From: a virus | Lineage: Duplodnaviria > Caudoviricetes | Direction: 5' to 3' (one strand) | Virus record (IMG/VR): IMGVR_UViG_3300037608_000093 | Span: 1 to 28,561 of that record | Length of the DNA: 28,561 nucleotides | Part shown: positions 1 to 8,907 of the stretch, piece after piece | How the letters are laid out: every line of letters starts with the position of its first letter | Numbering within the stretch: the stretch's first letter is position 1 | Notes under the pieces: model-generated | Seen by the model: only the letters and a program-made list of their open reading frames with translations | What the model was told of the DNA's origin: nothing | The model's database searches: none | Position numbers and translations under genes: made by a program

Positions 1-122
1 GCGCTTTGACTTTTTTTGCGTATTCTTGAATATTTTTGACATACATTGACACGCATACCCACTTACTATATTCCTGTCAAGTATAAATTAAGGATTTTCT
101 GAGTTATTTTTTCGCATAATGC

Positions 123-127
123 TAAAT
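123..127 (+). repeat. 5-bp target-site duplication TAAAT, left copy
   Basis: Same 5-mer at 28332-28336; each copy lies exactly 8 bp outside the outermost GACA-N7-TGGCAA site. Confidence 0.75.
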
Positions 128-302
128 TATCAGCCGACACTTGGTTTGGCAATTTCCGACACTTGGTTTGGCAAAACATCTTTTTGACACGAACTTGTCG
201 GAAATAAAGGACAACAACTTGGCAAAAATAAGCTACATTAGACTTTTTGACATGAACTTGTCGGAAATAAAGGACAACAACTTGGCAAAAATAAGCTACA
301 TT
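128..302. promoter_or_regulatory. Tail-proximal end (Mu R-end equivalent): array of putative transposase-binding sites
   Basis: Motif (C/G)GACA-N6/7-TG(G/T)CAAAA at 134-152, 156-176, inverted 181-201, 209-228, inverted 244-264 and 272-291; 181-231 is a near-perfect inverted copy of 28111-28158. Confidence 0.85.
180..302 (+). repeat. 60-bp direct repeat, 63-bp period, one mismatch (180-239 / 243-302)
   Basis: Read directly; C190 versus T253 is the only difference. Confidence 0.95.
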
Positions 303-1027
303 GCACCCGGTACCACTGCTGCGACACCTAAAGTTACAAACAAATTATAGACTTGCCCATTGGTTAAGGAGTCCATATTTATAAAATCTAAACGAAATTG
401 ACCGCTTGTTTCAGTATCATACCATGCAATTGAAACCCCTGTCGCAGGCACATTCTTAGACATCCCGTCATATTCCCATAATTGAACTTGTATGCCTGGC
501 AAAACCACATATCCTGTGGTAAGCCCTAAAGCTGTTAGAATATTAGCTTCAGTAATTACTTTGTTGGTTCCTGATTGTGTCCATTTAAGTCGATAATACC
601 TGGGAGTGTATCCAGTTGCTATTGCTGTTAAATTAGCAATCGAGGCTTGGAGCAATGGTATTATATAGCCAACCGTTACATTTCCATGCACAATGTCCGT
701 TGATTGATGTCGAGCAGCAGTGCCGCTATAATGACCTTCTAATAAATTTAAAAGTGTTGAAGTAACCTCACACTCAACATCATCATTGATTTTAGGGCTA
801 TTGATAACAGAGTCTTCTAAAGTTTTATTCATCATTATTTGCAAAGCATTGTTGGTGGTGATATCACCTTCTGCAGAACCGCCAATCTCTTTGTCACTTA
901 ATATGGTTGATAATAACAAAGACAACAGCATCCGCTTAGTTTCACCATCTTGGACGACTGTCATCAGGTCGCTTAATCCAAGTGCAGTAGCTAAAGTCAA
1001 TTCACTTATCTTTTTATCGTCAGGCAT
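296..1027 (-). CDS. Putative tail fibre / receptor-binding protein
   Basis: Last gene of the tail operon; N-terminal KKISEL..A..L...D...VVQDGETK resembles tail-fibre attachment segments; beta-rich C-terminus. Confidence 0.55.
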   Translation of the reverse strand: MPDDKKISELTLATALGLSDLMTVVQDGETKRMLLSLLLSTILSDKEIGGSAEGDITTNNALQIMMNKTLEDSVINSPKINDDVECEVTSTLLNLLEGHYSGTAARHQSTDIVHGNVTVGYIIPLLQASIANLTAIATGYTPRYYRLKWTQSGTNKVITEANILTALGLTTGYVVLPGIQVQLWEYDGMSKNVPATGVSIAWYDTETSGQFRLDFINMDSLTNGQVYNLFVTLGVAAVVPGAM

Positions 1028-1038
1028 TATTCCTCCTA

Positions 1039-1578
1039 TTATTTATCCAAAATGATTTTTCCGCCTGTCTCAAGCAATAATTTAGCCCCTTCCTCGGTTA
1101 ATAGGTACTCAGGCAGATATGTTTGTACCATTTTGGGCAAAGTCTTTATTAGTTCTTCAGACTTAAATTCCAGTTCCAATGTTTGACCAGCTTCTATTGT
1201 ACTTAATTGAAGTAGTCCAATATCAGACTTTAGCTTTACGTCATAATAAACGTTATAGATTGATTCAGCATCATAACTGGGATAAATTCGAATCGGTACC
1301 CCGTGTCCATGTGCGCCATTTAAGATATCATAAAGTGCGAAAAACAGCAGATAATCATCAGGATTTAGGTTAACCAGTTCCAGCTTGATACTTACTCTAT
1401 AGCCCAGCAAAATGCTTATATCTTTATGGTTAATAGTCTTTCTTTCATAAAACTCAGGAGATCGTTTGATTAGACCTTTGTTGTGATCGGAATCGAATGT
1501 TACATAACGTTGTCCATCGGACTCTATGTCTTCTACTTTAACTGCTCCAAAGCCATCTATCGTCTTAAATTCACTCAT
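1039..1578 (-). CDS. Putative tail tip protein (Dit-like or adaptor)
   Basis: Coupled by ATGA overlap to the upstream tail gene; C-terminal LLTEEG..LLLETGG.I motif; position in the tail module. Confidence 0.45.
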   Translation of the reverse strand: MSEFKTIDGFGAVKVEDIESDGQRYVTFDSDHNKGLIKRSPEFYERKTINHKDISILLGYRVSIKLELVNLNPDDYLLFFALYDILNGAHGHGVPIRIYPSYDAESIYNVYYDVKLKSDIGLLQLSTIEAGQTLELEFKSEELIKTLPKMVQTYLPEYLLTEEGAKLLLETGGKIILDK

Positions 1579-3029
1579 ATCAATCTCTTTCCCAGCCCTG
1601 TGATTTTAGTCGATTCCTGCTCATAATTATGTTTATTTTTAATTACATATGTCAAATATGGCTTCAGCATTAGTCGCTTGTTGATCAAGTTCTGCAAGCC
1701 ATCCACTTCCAATTCCATTAGCAGTTTAGCATCTCCGGAGAGTATTCCATTTAGATACGTGTTAATCGCTTTTTCTAAAGCTTCACCGCTTTGTACATAG
1801 CTCAAATCCCTGCTCAGCTTACTACCTTTATATATGTTATACTTTAGCTCTATATTACCGATAATCTCACTATTTAGATACTCCAGGGCTGTGTCAGATA
1901 GCCTCAGCTTATTCTGCACTGCCAGCCTTGTTCCATTGTCAAATAAATATGCATTTAATAACTGCAGATTAGTGTATAGCCAATCCAATAGTTCCATCTC
2001 CTTATCCTCATTAACTATGATTCTGCTTAGATTAATCGTGCCTGTAAACGTCAGTTTACCGTTTGCTACAGACCATGCATAAGGATATTGTGTGATCGTG
2101 TTTACTCCGCTGTTGCCGGTTGGTGATCCCCAACTGCCCAACAACGTAGGTAACGTCAAAACCCATTGACTAAAAGTCTGATTATTAATGTTTACCAAGT
2201 GATTCCCAGCCCACTGAAACAAATCGGTATCCACCCTGCTCTCTTCGATTGGCTCTCGGGTAGTGATTAAATATATCCCGTCCAGCTTCCAAACGCCATA
2301 TTTAAATAGCTGGTGATGGCTTGGATGATAGTCGTTTACGTTTTTATCATAACTTATATAGTCCACATAAGACAAATAGATGCCCATTATTCCTTGGTCT
2401 ATCCTCAATATTTGTTGCCGGTATTGGTTAGCGAAGTCTCCATTGTTCATTATACTGTCAGCAAAATCATAATCTCGCCGGTTAAACATCTCCAGCGCTT
2501 GCACCCACAGCACACTCCAGTTAGCGTGACTATATTCATTGACAACCTGGGGTGCCTTCAGATTTCCCCACCATGACAGATTACTCGTGATGATGTTTTG
2601 CAATGCATTTGTGATACTGTTTAAGCAGTTATAGGACGTCCCCTGACTTATACTAATTGATTGCCCTTCACCCATGTCTTTGATAACCTTTATCGCATCC
2701 ACCAGTGTCAGCGTTATCTCTTTTATGCCTGAGCCCAAGTCTGTTTGTGACCAATTCCCCGCCGGAAGCCAGCCTCTAAATAGCATTTGGCTGTCCTTAA
2801 AAATCTCTCCGCACAAAAAAAGATAGTTCTTATATACCCTAAATTGTGCCATATAACCAGTTATATTAGTCTCTGTCCAAGTGTCTGTTAAATACGTAAA
2901 TTTAGCTGTCCTGGCTTCTTGTGTGACAAAGTCAACCCCACACACGCTCATACCATCGATGTCCAGATTCCAAATGTCCTGGATGATGTGCTCTTCACCA
3001 GTATTGTTATAAAGTTTAATATATATCAT
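1575..3029 (-). CDS. Putative tail hub / minor tail protein
   Basis: 484-aa ORF directly after the tape measure gene, with overlapping stop/start. Confidence 0.5.
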   Translation of the reverse strand: MIYIKLYNNTGEEHIIQDIWNLDIDGMSVCGVDFVTQEARTAKFTYLTDTWTETNITGYMAQFRVYKNYLFLCGEIFKDSQMLFRGWLPAGNWSQTDLGSGIKEITLTLVDAIKVIKDMGEGQSISISQGTSYNCLNSITNALQNIITSNLSWWGNLKAPQVVNEYSHANWSVLWVQALEMFNRRDYDFADSIMNNGDFANQYRQQILRIDQGIMGIYLSYVDYISYDKNVNDYHPSHHQLFKYGVWKLDGIYLITTREPIEESRVDTDLFQWAGNHLVNINNQTFSQWVLTLPTLLGSWGSPTGNSGVNTITQYPYAWSVANGKLTFTGTINLSRIIVNEDKEMELLDWLYTNLQLLNAYLFDNGTRLAVQNKLRLSDTALEYLNSEIIGNIELKYNIYKGSKLSRDLSYVQSGEALEKAINTYLNGILSGDAKLLMELEVDGLQNLINKRLMLKPYLTYVIKNKHNYEQESTKITGLGKRLI

Positions 3030-5782
3030 TATCCAATTGTCAACCCGGCAAGCTCTCGCTCACCCACTTTAATAGTCTTAGCCCAGCTCTTGGCATCAGG
3101 ATTACGTGCATCGATGATGACCTTTATACTGCTCAAATGCTTCTGCAACGCATTCTCCACTATGCTACCCATCTGCCCGTTGTCATTAATCCTTCCACCT
3201 TCAGCATATCTGCTTCCTGATGGTGTTGATACCGATCTGCTCACACCGTCCAAGCTGCCACTGTTGATAGCATCAAGCAAAGCTCCCCATTTAGAAGTAG
3301 CTTCGGCATTGACCAAGTATTCGCCTGGGCTAAACCATGCCAAATTCTTATCTTCTTTAGGTCCGCCGATTCCATTTAAGCGTCCCCCTCTGGCAAATTT
3401 CTGCGCTTTGATTAATGATATCTGTACCGCACCCATTGCCCCTATTATTCCAGCAAATATCGGTCCCAATACCGGTCCCATTTCCAGGGCTTTCGTCACT
3501 GCCACAGCCGTGTTTACCGTTGCCTGTACTATGCTCATGTTACGCTGAACTTCCTTCAGCTTACGCTCTTTAGCGTCATACTTCCGGTTGATTTGCTCCT
3601 TCGCTGCAGCAGTCTCTTCTGCGCTCCATTTTTCCCGCTGTGCCACTTCTTCGATAGCCTTTATCTCAGCTTGACGCTTAGCATTATTCTGCGTTATCAT
3701 TGTGTTGGTTATCTCGCTTATACCGTTCATCAAAGTCTGATAAGTCGCTTGTGCCGCATTGATGACAGTTCTGTCAGCCTCGCTGTTCAAGCCCAGCAGT
3801 GTACCCCAAAACCACCCGTTTTGATTTTTACCGGCATTCATCGCTGCTATCTTTATCTTTTCGTTCAGACTCTTAATTACCTCTGCCACCCTTGCGTCAT
3901 TCTCAAATTTTAGCATCTCATCACGCAATTCTGTCAAACTGTCTCTTATGCCTTCCCAGCTTTGCACCCCGATGGTCTTGCTGTCTGCCATTGTGGATAG
4001 CAGTGTCTTATATTTATCTATCAGCTCATTAACCGGTTTATCTCTCTCAGCCGTCAGTTCTTCTTCTCTTGTCTTTTTTATTAGATCATACTGCTCCTGG
4101 GTAATGTATTTCTTATTCTTCAATGCATCCAGCTCCGCCTTTATCTGCCCCAGTTTCCATTTATAATAGTTAGCGTCGAGAAACTTTACCTCATTATAAT
4201 AGTTCTTCTCAGCTTCCAGCTTTTCATCTGTGGTGGAAGTATCTCCTGCTCCTGCTCCCGAGCCGTCATTAAATCCTGCTCCCACATTTACCTTTGTCGT
4301 GGTTACACCCGCTGCCTCGATTGACTTTTTGGCACTCTCACCAGCCTTTTTCCAAGTCGCAGCAGCTTTCACTCCTTGACCTTCAAACGAGCTCATAGCA
4401 CTACCAAAACTTGCGCTCACATCGTCCACTGCTGTTCTGATGCTCGTGCCCACTCCGTTTTTGAGCTCAGACCACACACCGGCAAAGTCTCCGCTCATCA
4501 GCTTCTTCATGATCGTCGCCAATCTGCTAAAGATAGCCACTGCCGAGTCATACATCACTCGCCAGGGTAACACCAGCACCTTGCTTATCCCTTGGCTAAA
4601 GTTCCAGATAAATGACCCAAACGCTTTTACATAATCCCAGATTATGCTTAGCGCTGCCATCGCATACTCTTTGGTATAAATCCACACATTCGCCCATCCG
4701 ATTGTATTCTCCACCAGTTGTGCCAGTAACCCCACCAATATCAGGATTAAACCCACTGGACCCAAGGTTGTCATAAAAGCTTTGACCGCTGTTGACAACG
4801 CACCGATAGCTCCTGTCAAACCAGCGCTTGTTATTGTGCCTGCTACTAAAGCCAACTGATATTTATACCATAGTACTGTTAATATGGGAATTGTTATGGT
4901 TAGTCCCTTCATCAATCCGCTCAACCTGCTAAACCAGTCAAACATCGTCGCCAGTGGTCGTGCTATACCTGCCAATATTGGTAGAAGTTGTTTACCTAAG
5001 CTCTCCTTCAAATTGTTCACGGCTATGTTAAACGCTTCCAATTGACCGGCATATGATTTTGCCGCTGCCTCTGCTTGACCACCAAACTCACTGTTAAGCT
5101 CTTCCAGTATAAGCTTCTGAGCCCCCGCAATATTGCCAGTTTCCACCATTGTTTTGATTACTTCTTTTTGACTTTCGCTAAAGCTCACTCCAATCCTGGT
5201 CAAAGCAGATAAACCGGCTACTGGATAATTCAATGCTTTACCCAGTTGAATGGATGCTCCTTGTAAATCATTGCCAAAAAGTTTTTTAACGTTTAGTACT
5301 GCCAGTTGGGTTTCAGATAATATTGCTCCATTAATGTTTTTGAAGGTTAGCAGTGGTGCCGTAACGCTGTTTAATATCTCATCCGCATCTATATTGGTCA
5401 TTCTTTCCAGTTGCTCCGCATAGGCTTTTAGCCCTTCTGCGCTCCATCCTGATGCATTATTGGTGCTTATTAAGGCAGCATTAATCTTGATTAACCCTTG
5501 TTCAGCTTCGATAGCTTCACGCACCATACCCCCAATGTATCTATCCACAACGTTGGCTATATTGGTGATACCTTGGATAACAAAACCAACCTGGGCAATT
5601 TCTGATTTTATCCGTTCAAAATAAGATCCGATGCTAAGAGTAGTTTTTTTTATCTTCGCATCGATGTTGCCAATATCAGCTTCCAGCTTAATTTCATGCT
5701 GCTTGCCAATTTCAGAGAAAAGCTTTTCAACTTCATTTTTACCAGGAAAATCAATCTTGATGCTCAAAGATATTTCTTGCAT
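3029..5782 (-). CDS. Tail tape measure protein
   Basis: 917 aa, Ala/Gly-rich and helical; QLGKALNYPVAGLSALTRIGVSF and FARGG..G.GGP..D motifs; central hydrophobic segments; follows the tail chaperone. Confidence 0.92.
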   Translation of the reverse strand: MQEISLSIKIDFPGKNEVEKLFSEIGKQHEIKLEADIGNIDAKIKKTTLSIGSYFERIKSEIAQVGFVIQGITNIANVVDRYIGGMVREAIEAEQGLIKINAALISTNNASGWSAEGLKAYAEQLERMTNIDADEILNSVTAPLLTFKNINGAILSETQLAVLNVKKLFGNDLQGASIQLGKALNYPVAGLSALTRIGVSFSESQKEVIKTMVETGNIAGAQKLILEELNSEFGGQAEAAAKSYAGQLEAFNIAVNNLKESLGKQLLPILAGIARPLATMFDWFSRLSGLMKGLTITIPILTVLWYKYQLALVAGTITSAGLTGAIGALSTAVKAFMTTLGPVGLILILVGLLAQLVENTIGWANVWIYTKEYAMAALSIIWDYVKAFGSFIWNFSQGISKVLVLPWRVMYDSAVAIFSRLATIMKKLMSGDFAGVWSELKNGVGTSIRTAVDDVSASFGSAMSSFEGQGVKAAATWKKAGESAKKSIEAAGVTTTKVNVGAGFNDGSGAGAGDTSTTDEKLEAEKNYYNEVKFLDANYYKWKLGQIKAELDALKNKKYITQEQYDLIKKTREEELTAERDKPVNELIDKYKTLLSTMADSKTIGVQSWEGIRDSLTELRDEMLKFENDARVAEVIKSLNEKIKIAAMNAGKNQNGWFWGTLLGLNSEADRTVINAAQATYQTLMNGISEITNTMITQNNAKRQAEIKAIEEVAQREKWSAEETAAAKEQINRKYDAKERKLKEVQRNMSIVQATVNTAVAVTKALEMGPVLGPIFAGIIGAMGAVQISLIKAQKFARGGRLNGIGGPKEDKNLAWFSPGEYLVNAEATSKWGALLDAINSGSLDGVSRSVSTPSGSRYAEGGRINDNGQMGSIVENALQKHLSSIKVIIDARNPDAKSWAKTIKVGERELAGLTIG

Positions 5783-5823
5783 AAATAATGCACCTTATTT
5801 ATCTTGTTATTAGAGGTTTAATT

Positions 5824-5925
5824 ATGGCAGCGATTATAATAGTTCTGCTTTTTGCAGCTTTTATTATTTGGTTAGGAAAAACAGAAGACGGTGCTACATC
5901 CATAGATAAGTATCTTAAAAAATAA
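5824..5925 (+). CDS. 33-aa single-TM microprotein (moron-like; not in ORF track)
   Basis: MAAIIIVLLFAAFIIWLGKTEDGATSIDKYLKK; RBS AGAGGT upstream; fills the gap between chaperone and tape measure genes on the opposite strand. Confidence 0.6.
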   Translation: MAAIIIVLLFAAFIIWLGKTEDGATSIDKYLKK

Positions 5926-5928
5926 TAC

Positions 5929-6356
5929 TTAAACTTTATTAATTTCATTATACCTGCTCACATACCACACTGCTTCATCCAATGCACAATCTTCAGGATT
6001 AACTCCTATCTGATACAGATTAAAGCTCATCTGCCAATATGGATTTACTGTGCCGCTTCCTGGCTCTCTTTCTTGCCGGGTTTGAGAAAGGTCAATCCCG
6101 CAAAGCTGTTGCCGATAAGCATAAAAAAATCGGTGATCCCCTTGCCTATCTCACTGATGTCATCATCTGTATAATCCTTATTGTTATTCGTAATGATTTG
6201 CATAAACTCATTCAGCTTGTCATTGCTCAATAGCCTGTCCATCAGTTCTACGACGTTGATGTTAACTGCTTCCCCGGATAGCATTCCGCTCACGCCTATC
6301 TCTTTCAGCAATGCCCAGGCTTTTTTCAATATACTTATTGTGCAATATACCTTCAT
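5929..6356 (-). CDS. Tail assembly chaperone, -1 frameshifted long form
   Basis: Slippery T TTT TTT at 6123-6129 (GAT TTT TTT ATG); the -1 frame is open to TAA at 5929 and gives ...YAYRQQ...NPYWQMSFNLYQIGVNPEDCALDEAVWYVSRYNEINKV. Confidence 0.7.
6045..6356 (-). CDS. Tail assembly chaperone, short form
   Basis: 103-aa helical ORF upstream of the tape measure gene; AGGAG RBS; DFF at the slippery site. Confidence 0.75.
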   Translation of the reverse strand: MKVYCTISILKKAWALLKEIGVSGMLSGEAVNINVVELMDRLLSNDKLNEFMQIITNNNKDYTDDDISEIGKGITDFFMLIGNSFAGLTFLKPGKKESQEAAQ

Positions 6357-6382
6357 CTCGTCTCCTTTATATTCTCCATCCA

Positions 6383-6432
6383 GTCATTCCAGCGTAGGCT
6401 GGAATCCAGCCCATCACGTCCATCCCGTCCAT
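6383..6432 (+). repeat. dRS3-like hairpin GTCATTCCAGC-GTAG-GCTGGAATCC plus GTCCAT micro-array
   Basis: Hairpin 6383-6407 is identical to 25637-25661; followed by three G(C/T)CCAT units at 9-bp period. Confidence 0.85.
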
Positions 6433-6498
6433 TAAATATATAGCCACACTCCCGTTCCGTCTGCCATATCCAGAGGGTTGGACTAGTGACTAAAGCTT

Positions 6499-7245
6499 TT
6501 ATACCCATATCGGTTTGCCTATGTATTCAAAGCTCTCTATTAATTCCTGATATTGACTACTTATAGCCGTTCCATTCAGATTTGCCCCTGTCCACGTTGT
6601 CTCACCCAGCTCCGCTCCGCTTAGATTGCTACCCTGCATGGAAGCTCCATCAAACTTGCAACCACTGAAGTTGCTTGATTCAGTTACTATACCTCTTAGG
6701 TATGCCCCGCTAAAGTCGCATTCAACAAAGGTGCTTTCGTCTATCAATCTATTCTTTATGTAGCATCCCTTAAAGCTGCTTCTCTCTGCCCAAACGTTAC
6801 TTATTTGAGCTGCTTGACTGTTTATATAAGTGCACCTCAAATTATCTGCTACACAGTCATACAATTTCAACCCATCTATGTTATCGTTTATAAGACAATA
6901 TCTCAGATTGCATTCTGTCATATTGTGTGCGCTTCCAGGTAAAGTCACCCTCATAAACTGCCAGTCCCGTTTTGTATATATACCCTCGTTAATAACCACA
7001 TCCTCGCCCACCATTCGGCACAAAGCGTGCTCTTTGCTTTTCAGAAGACGCTTGACTAATCTCAGGCTCATCTCACGCATCCGTCTGCTCTGCTCATAAT
7101 AATATCCGTAGTTGTTCCCGTCCACATGGATTTGGATGCCTATTCGCCTGTCAGCGCTTGCCCCGTGTAAGATTGTTTCCAGCTTCTCCAGCTCAGTAAT
7201 CTGCTTTCTGATTAGCTCTGCAGTTCTCAGTTCTTGTTCCGTCAT
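6499..7245 (-). CDS. Pentapeptide-repeat protein
   Basis: C-terminal repeats CDFSG AYLRG, SNFSG CKFDG ASMQG SNLSG AELGE TTWTG ANLNG; N-terminal helical region. Confidence 0.85.
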   Translation of the reverse strand: MTEQELRTAELIRKQITELEKLETILHGASADRRIGIQIHVDGNNYGYYYEQSRRMREMSLRLVKRLLKSKEHALCRMVGEDVVINEGIYTKRDWQFMRVTLPGSAHNMTECNLRYCLINDNIDGLKLYDCVADNLRCTYINSQAAQISNVWAERSSFKGCYIKNRLIDESTFVECDFSGAYLRGIVTESSNFSGCKFDGASMQGSNLSGAELGETTWTGANLNGTAISSQYQELIESFEYIGKPIWV

Positions 7246-7778
7246 TTAGCTCTCACGGCTTTATCTATCTTGTTCACCAGCATCGCTATTTTGGTGCTGT
7301 AATCAGGATCAGTGGCATAACGTCCGCCCTTCGGACGTCTAAAGTCGCGGGCTATCAGTCCCTCTGTTGTCACAGGATATCTTTTGCTGAGCTCTCCACC
7401 TATCTGTTGGCTCATCAAGCTGGTTATACCGGTGGCTTCATAATAACCCCAGTTATATTCCCTTGCCAATAATCGGCAATAGGCTTCTATCCCGCTTCTG
7501 TAATCTGTAAAATAACGGTTGCCACCATCATCTACGTTACCCACGTTATAAATATTTCGCGTCTTACGGCTTCTGTTCGCCCCAGGTGCCAGAGCAAAGT
7601 GACACTCCAATATTCCCTGTGCCAATGCCAATCTCGCCTCGATGTTATATTTTACGCTGTATTCACAAACAGCTTGAGCTATCTTGTCTAAGTCCCAATC
7701 CGCAGTCCTCACCGCATTCTTGCCCATGCTGTCCACGCACAGCTTTTTGATTACTTTTTGTATCTGTTCCGCTGTCAT
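7242..7778 (-). CDS. Endolysin, glucosaminidase (GH73-like)
   Basis: LALAQGILE catalytic Glu motif, NIYNVG and YATDPDYSTKI motifs. Confidence 0.85.
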   Translation of the reverse strand: MTAEQIQKVIKKLCVDSMGKNAVRTADWDLDKIAQAVCEYSVKYNIEARLALAQGILECHFALAPGANRSRKTRNIYNVGNVDDGGNRYFTDYRSGIEAYCRLLAREYNWGYYEATGITSLMSQQIGGELSKRYPVTTEGLIARDFRRPKGGRYATDPDYSTKIAMLVNKIDKAVRAK

Positions 7779-7790
7779 TTTTTACCTTCT

Positions 7791-8072
7791 TTAGCCATTG
7801 CCACGCTTTCGCGGCGGCAATCGGTTGTCGTTCATCAGTTGATTTTCTATCTTGTTCCACCAGGCTTCCAGTTTTTGCTCGATCATCAGGCTCAGCCTGT
7901 CCATCAGGTTATCCATATTCTCGGCTTTGCACTTCACGCAATCCATCTTAACCTGGTTAATATCATTGTCATGCTTCTTCAGCATCGTAAAAGCCTCCTT
8001 CAGAAAATAACCGATTATGGCAAATAGCGTTCCTGTGATAAAGAGTCCGATGTTCATCATAACCTGCTCCAT
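7791..8072 (-). CDS. Putative holin-like membrane protein
   Basis: N-terminal TM (IGLFITGTLFAIIGYFL) plus coiled coil, directly upstream of the endolysin; start moved to ATG 8072 after a GAGGTG RBS. Confidence 0.5.
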   Translation of the reverse strand: MEQVMMNIGLFITGTLFAIIGYFLKEAFTMLKKHDNDINQVKMDCVKCKAENMDNLMDRLSLMIEQKLEAWWNKIENQLMNDNRLPPRKRGNG

Positions 8073-8080
8073 CACACACC

Positions 8081-8815
8081 TCAAGCTGGGGTTAGCTGGA
8101 TGTCTTGATTAACTTCTTGGTTAGCCAGCACAGTTATCGTCACCGGTCCCACTGTCACATAGCCATTACAGGCAACGAGCAGCGTTACCTCCGCCGATTC
8201 TCCATTAGGCACCGGTATTCTAAATAGATATATCCCGTCGCTGTCTGACACGTCATACATCGTTTGAGTAGGTCCATCAAGCTCACAATATATGTCTTCT
8301 TCCGTCACTATGGGTAAGCCTGTTAACATATCCGTCACCACCCCGCTCAGGATTCCGTAGTTGACTACTCCGCTCAACATCAAGCAACTGCCCACTGGCT
8401 TTTCCACCTCACAGCTTAAATTTATCTGATACCCATCTCCGCTTTCGATCATGCCCTTAAAGTTTAGTGATATCCTGCGTAAGATAGTGATCATTCCCGG
8501 GTTATTAACATCATAAAACATCAGATCTATATCACCTGTAAGGTTCATAGTGCTATTACGCAGCACTGTTGCTCGATATCTGTCAAACAGCTCTTTGCTG
8601 ATTAACATAGCATCTGCGCTGACGCTGATTTTCTCGCTGATTACACGCTGATTACCATTGCTGATTTGCTTCACCAGCCCCGGCTCGATGCTATACTTAG
8701 CCCCCTTCAGTGTGTTTTCAATCCTGTCCCAGCCATCTAATAAATTACCTTCCTCAAATTCAGGTATCATTTCACTTGCCGGTCTTATGTATATGTCACT
8801 AAAAATGCCACTCAC
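8081..8815 (-). CDS. Tail-tube-like paralogue with C-terminal Ig/carboxypeptidase-regulatory-like domain
   Basis: N-terminal ~140 aa aligns by eye with 8908..9390; C-terminal GILSGVVTD..TG.PI...DSDGIYLF...GY pattern. Start reassigned to GTG 8815 (GAGGAGG RBS) because the longer track start runs through a GTCCAT array. Confidence 0.6.
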   Translation of the reverse strand: MSGIFSDIYIRPASEMIPEFEEGNLLDGWDRIENTLKGAKYSIEPGLVKQISNGNQRVISEKISVSADAMLISKELFDRYRATVLRNSTMNLTGDIDLMFYDVNNPGMITILRRISLNFKGMIESGDGYQINLSCEVEKPVGSCLMLSGVVNYGILSGVVTDMLTGLPIVTEEDIYCELDGPTQTMYDVSDSDGIYLFRIPVPNGESAEVTLLVACNGYVTVGPVTITVLANQEVNQDIQLTPA

Positions 8816-8828
8816 CAATACCTCCTCT

Positions 8829-8863
8829 GTCCACCACGTCCATATCGTCCCCATTACGTCCAT
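8829..8863 (+). repeat. GTCCAT micro-array
   Basis: GTCCACCAC GTCCATATC GTCCCCATTAC GTCCAT, just upstream of the RBS of the 8815 gene. Confidence 0.8.
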
Positions 8864-8881
8864 CACCTTTCTTTAAAGGTC

Positions 8882-8901
8882 GTGCGGGGTTGCCCCCGCA
8901 C
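8882..8901 (-). terminator. GC-rich GNRA-loop hairpin (partial terminator or mRNA stabiliser)
   Basis: GTGCGGGG-GCAA-CCCCGCAC on the - strand right after the stop of 8908..9390; only a weak U tract. Confidence 0.55.
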
Positions 8902-8907
8902 ATGATC

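Noticed and set aside
61-70. ACTTACTATA matching part of the 12187-12203 dyad
   Set aside because: It lies outside the inferred terminus in AT-rich flank; likely a chance match.
115-121. TG at 120-121 as left terminus (flank CATAA) paired with CA 28328-28329 (flank TATAA)
   Set aside because: Only a 4/5 match, and unequal distances to the binding sites.
134-302. Possible CRISPR array, or the 69-aa ORF 141..350
   Set aside because: The repeats lack unique spacers, no cas genes are present, and the repeats mirror the opposite end; the ORF is just a translation of the binding-site array.
296-3029. Diversity-generating retroelement or invertible tail-fibre cassette
   Set aside because: No reverse transcriptase, TR/VR pair, invertase or flanking inverted repeats were seen.
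8816-8866. Trp/Met-rich N-terminal extension of the 261-aa ORF
   Set aside because: It is a GTCCAT array read in reverse; the RBS and the paralogue alignment favour GTG 8815.
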